From Octopus sinensis (lineage: Eukaryota), in assembly GCF_006345805.1 (NCBI RefSeq), contig NW_021833780.1:1-56207 (forward strand): a stretch of 56,207 nt of DNA. The letters run 5' to 3'. Shown piece by piece: positions 53,431-56,207 of this stretch. A program made the position numbers and the translations under genes. The first letter of the stretch is position 1. The number at the start of each line of letters is the position of its first letter. A model generated the notes under the pieces. That model worked only from the letters and a program-made list of their open reading frames with translations. It had not been told where the DNA came from and made no database searches.

Positions 53431-53886
53431 TATATATATATATTATACACACACACACAGACACATTTATATACTTGACCATCTTTGTTCCTAAATATGC
53501 TTATATAGGCGCAGACATCGTTGTGTGGATAAGAACCTTACTTTGCAGCTACGTGATTCCGGGTTCAATCTCCCTATGCCAGACCGTGAGTCTTCTATTA
53601 TAGCCCCGGGCCGACCATAAGTGAATTTGTTAAATGGAAACTTTGCTGAAGTCTGTGTTGGGATTTTTTGCCGTTCCCTCTCTCTCACGCTTCCTCCTTG
53701 ACTCTCTCGTCGCTGGCTCGTGATGAAAGGGAATCTATCTTTCTGCCCATTTCCTTCCTAAAGACAACATGTGCTTATACATGTCTCTTCTCATAAGATC
53801 GTCCTCCTAGCTTCATAATAATTTTTCTATCGTCTTGGCTTTTCTTGTTACCCCGAAATTTTATTTAATTTGCTTTGCGGGAAAGA

Positions 53887-53964
53887 CTGTTTCAACGAAA
53901 TGGCGTATCGTCCTTGCCTTCGAATTGCAGAGTAGATGAAACAGGGACAACTGATGAAGGGGAA
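53887..53964 (+). ncRNA. Candidate permuted, pseudoknotted hammerhead (copy 2, more decayed)
   Basis: P0 CUGUUUCA/UGAAACAG, stem I UCGUCC/GGACAA, GAAU at 53922 and CUGAUGA at 53951. Flanks are homologous to those of copy 1. Confidence 0.45.
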
Positions 53965-54236
53965 TATTCTTTATGTTGCATGTCTCGTTTCTCTGTTATA
54001 TTTTTCGTTTTCTATGTTTTTGTTTTTACGTTTTCGTTTCTCATTGTGTTCAATGGTTTTTTTTTTGTTGGTGTCCCGTACCCATATATGCATGTATATA
54101 TACATCTATGTGTAGGTATGTACGTATATGTATTTATATATGCATATATTTATATATTATTTATATTATATGATCGAACGCCACGCATCCTTTTCAAGTA
54201 AGTTTTAGCTTATATATGTATATATATATATAATAT

Positions 54237-54292
<56 letters not shown>

Positions 54293-54543
54293 AATGTGAC
54301 CGCGTGTGTACCGTTGGCGATTTTTTTCCCTCTGTCTTCCCTTCTCTGGATCTTTCCTTCTCCTATGTTTCCGACGAAAAGCTCCGCTCGAAACGTTAAA
54401 CCCTCCTTCTTTCCTGAGCGTCCAATAATACTATATTTGTTCCACGTCCTCGCGTTGTTGTGTTTTCTCTTTGTGTTTTCATGTTTGGATTACCTATATA
54501 TATATATATATAATATATATATATATATATAGTATATTATATA

Positions 54544-54583
<40 letters not shown>

Positions 54584-54740
54584 GACGGATTTCTTCCAGT
54601 TTCCGTCAACCAAATCCACTCACAAGACTTTGTCGGACCGAGGTTATAGTAGTAGACTCTTGCCCAAGGTGCCACACAGTGGGACTGAACCCGGAACCAT
54701 GCGGTTGGGAAGCAAACTTCTTACCACAGCCACGCCTGTG
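54293..54740. mobile_element. Hammerhead-bearing family B repeat (+, motif 54367-54401) and SINE family 2 head (-, 54583-54740)
   Basis: GTTTCCGACGAAAAGCTCCGCTCGAAACGTTAAAC and a SINE match. Confidence 0.75.
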
Positions 54741-55913
54741 TGTAAATATTTATGCTTGTGTGCGCATCAACGAGTGTATATGTAATTATCATCATGTATG
54801 CGTGTGTGTTAAGAAATACAGGAATTAACGCGTTTGTGTTTCTGTTTGTATATGTGCACGTGTGTGTGTGTTTGAGAGAGAAAGAGACTGACAGACAGAC
54901 AGAGACAGAGACAGAGAGAGAAAGCGAAAGATGGTGATATGTAAAACGTTTATACACCCGGCTTTGAAGTATCATAATAAATGAATTTGAATAGGATTGG
55001 GGTGATGTGTTAATTAGTGTTACCCTGAGAGATAATAAACTGAACCGCCATGTATGTGTGTGTGTGTATTATACATACATACACACATTTTATGTATATT
55101 CTTACATATAAATGTGTGTGTGTGTGTGTGTGTTGGGTGTCTATGTGTAATATGTCAATATGATGGAGGCATCCTTTGAAAATAGAAGGCCGGAAGTGCA
55201 AAAAGGTGTAACAAAGAAAAAAAGATAATGTGAGTGTAAGAAGGAGCAGTCAGAGGGTGAAAGACAGAAAGATAGAGCACGACTGGATGCAGACAGACAG
55301 GCAAGCAGTCAGATAGACAGGCAGTCAGACAGTAAACTTGACTAGTGCATGTATACGAGTTTATAGCCGTTGTTTTCCAACCTCGGTTCAATGTTGATTG
55401 AGTCAATTTATGATCAAAAGCATTCCAACCTTGATGCCTTGATCATCCCGTCCTTCTAAAGGTAAGTAGAAATACATTATCTAATGTTTCCGGTAATTAG
55501 TGAAAATACCGTCAGAATTTGTCTAGCAGAGAAAAATTCTAAAGTTTGTGCCAAGGTCATTTACACTTCACAGTTCTTCTCCGACAAAGAACTGAGTAAC
55601 GAAAAGATAAAGAAGTTAAACTGAGACGAGCTAAGTAATTCGATATTTCTTAGACTGGGGTATTAAATAAAGACAAAATTCTAGCGATAATTGTTCGCGA
55701 CACCCAAAGTAAAAGCGGGAAATAGTTTCATGAAATTAAGAATTAATCTCCTAATGTTAATTTCCAACGATGTCTTTCTTATTTATTCTTAGTATCTTCA
55801 GGCAGATTAGAATGTGAATATTCTAACCAGTGCTGTGTTGCGATATTCGAGAACTCCTCTTTTCAAACGAATATGTGTTTATAACACTCTCGGTTCATTA
55901 GCATAAGAGGAGT

Positions 55914-55958
55914 ATGGGACAGTTGCTGTTTCGATATCATTGTGTCTCGTCAGCTAAT
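55914..55958 (-). ncRNA. Type I hammerhead-like motif with canonical core and true stem III
   Basis: CUGACGA-GACA(CAAUGA)UAUC-GAAA-CAG(CAA)CUG-UC. Stem I is poor. Confidence 0.5.
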
Positions 55959-56207
55959 TGCGCAACAGACAAATAAATCTCACAAGAGATTGAGGCTCTT
56001 GTTTCTAACTTCAGCAAGCAAATTATTAGCTGATGAGAGTTGATATCTGCCAACCGATAATAAATTATCATGTGCACGATAAACAGTGAGAATCTAACGA
56101 AAATCTGCAAATTTATTCTTAACGCGCTCCGGCAGATTCGAACGTTAATATGCTAATCGCTGTTGCGTTTCGTTATTGATGAACAACGTCACTTTTCACA
56201 CGAACTT

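Overview
This is AT-rich eukaryotic, essentially non-coding DNA, very dense in microsatellites and tRNA-derived SINEs. The repeat content most resembles a coleoid cephalopod (Octopus-like) intron or intergenic region, which is an inference from the SINE and simple-repeat make-up. No intact host protein-coding gene can be supported, and most ORFs in the track are microsatellite translations. Recognisable elements are a full-length decayed Tc1 element with TIRs and TA target duplication, DD37D (maT) and other Tc1/mariner relics, a MITE, a non-autonomous Helitron, a HINE/DINE-1-like element, a CR1-type LINE nested in a SINE, a young Tx1-type LINE inside a (GATA)n tract, and Penelope-like (GIY-YIG) fragments. 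The most notable signal is at the RNA level. About ten hammerhead-ribozyme-like motifs occur in several short repeat families. Two diverged copies (29602-29678 and 53887-53964) appear to be a non-circularly permuted, pseudoknotted hammerhead supported by compensatory base changes, and one tRNA-headed element carries a hammerhead core. There is also a ~440-bp-arm local inverted duplication, a 1.4-kb near-identical tandem duplication, several fold-back hairpins and two weak orphan exon candidates. All structures were derived by eye; no folding program or database search was run.
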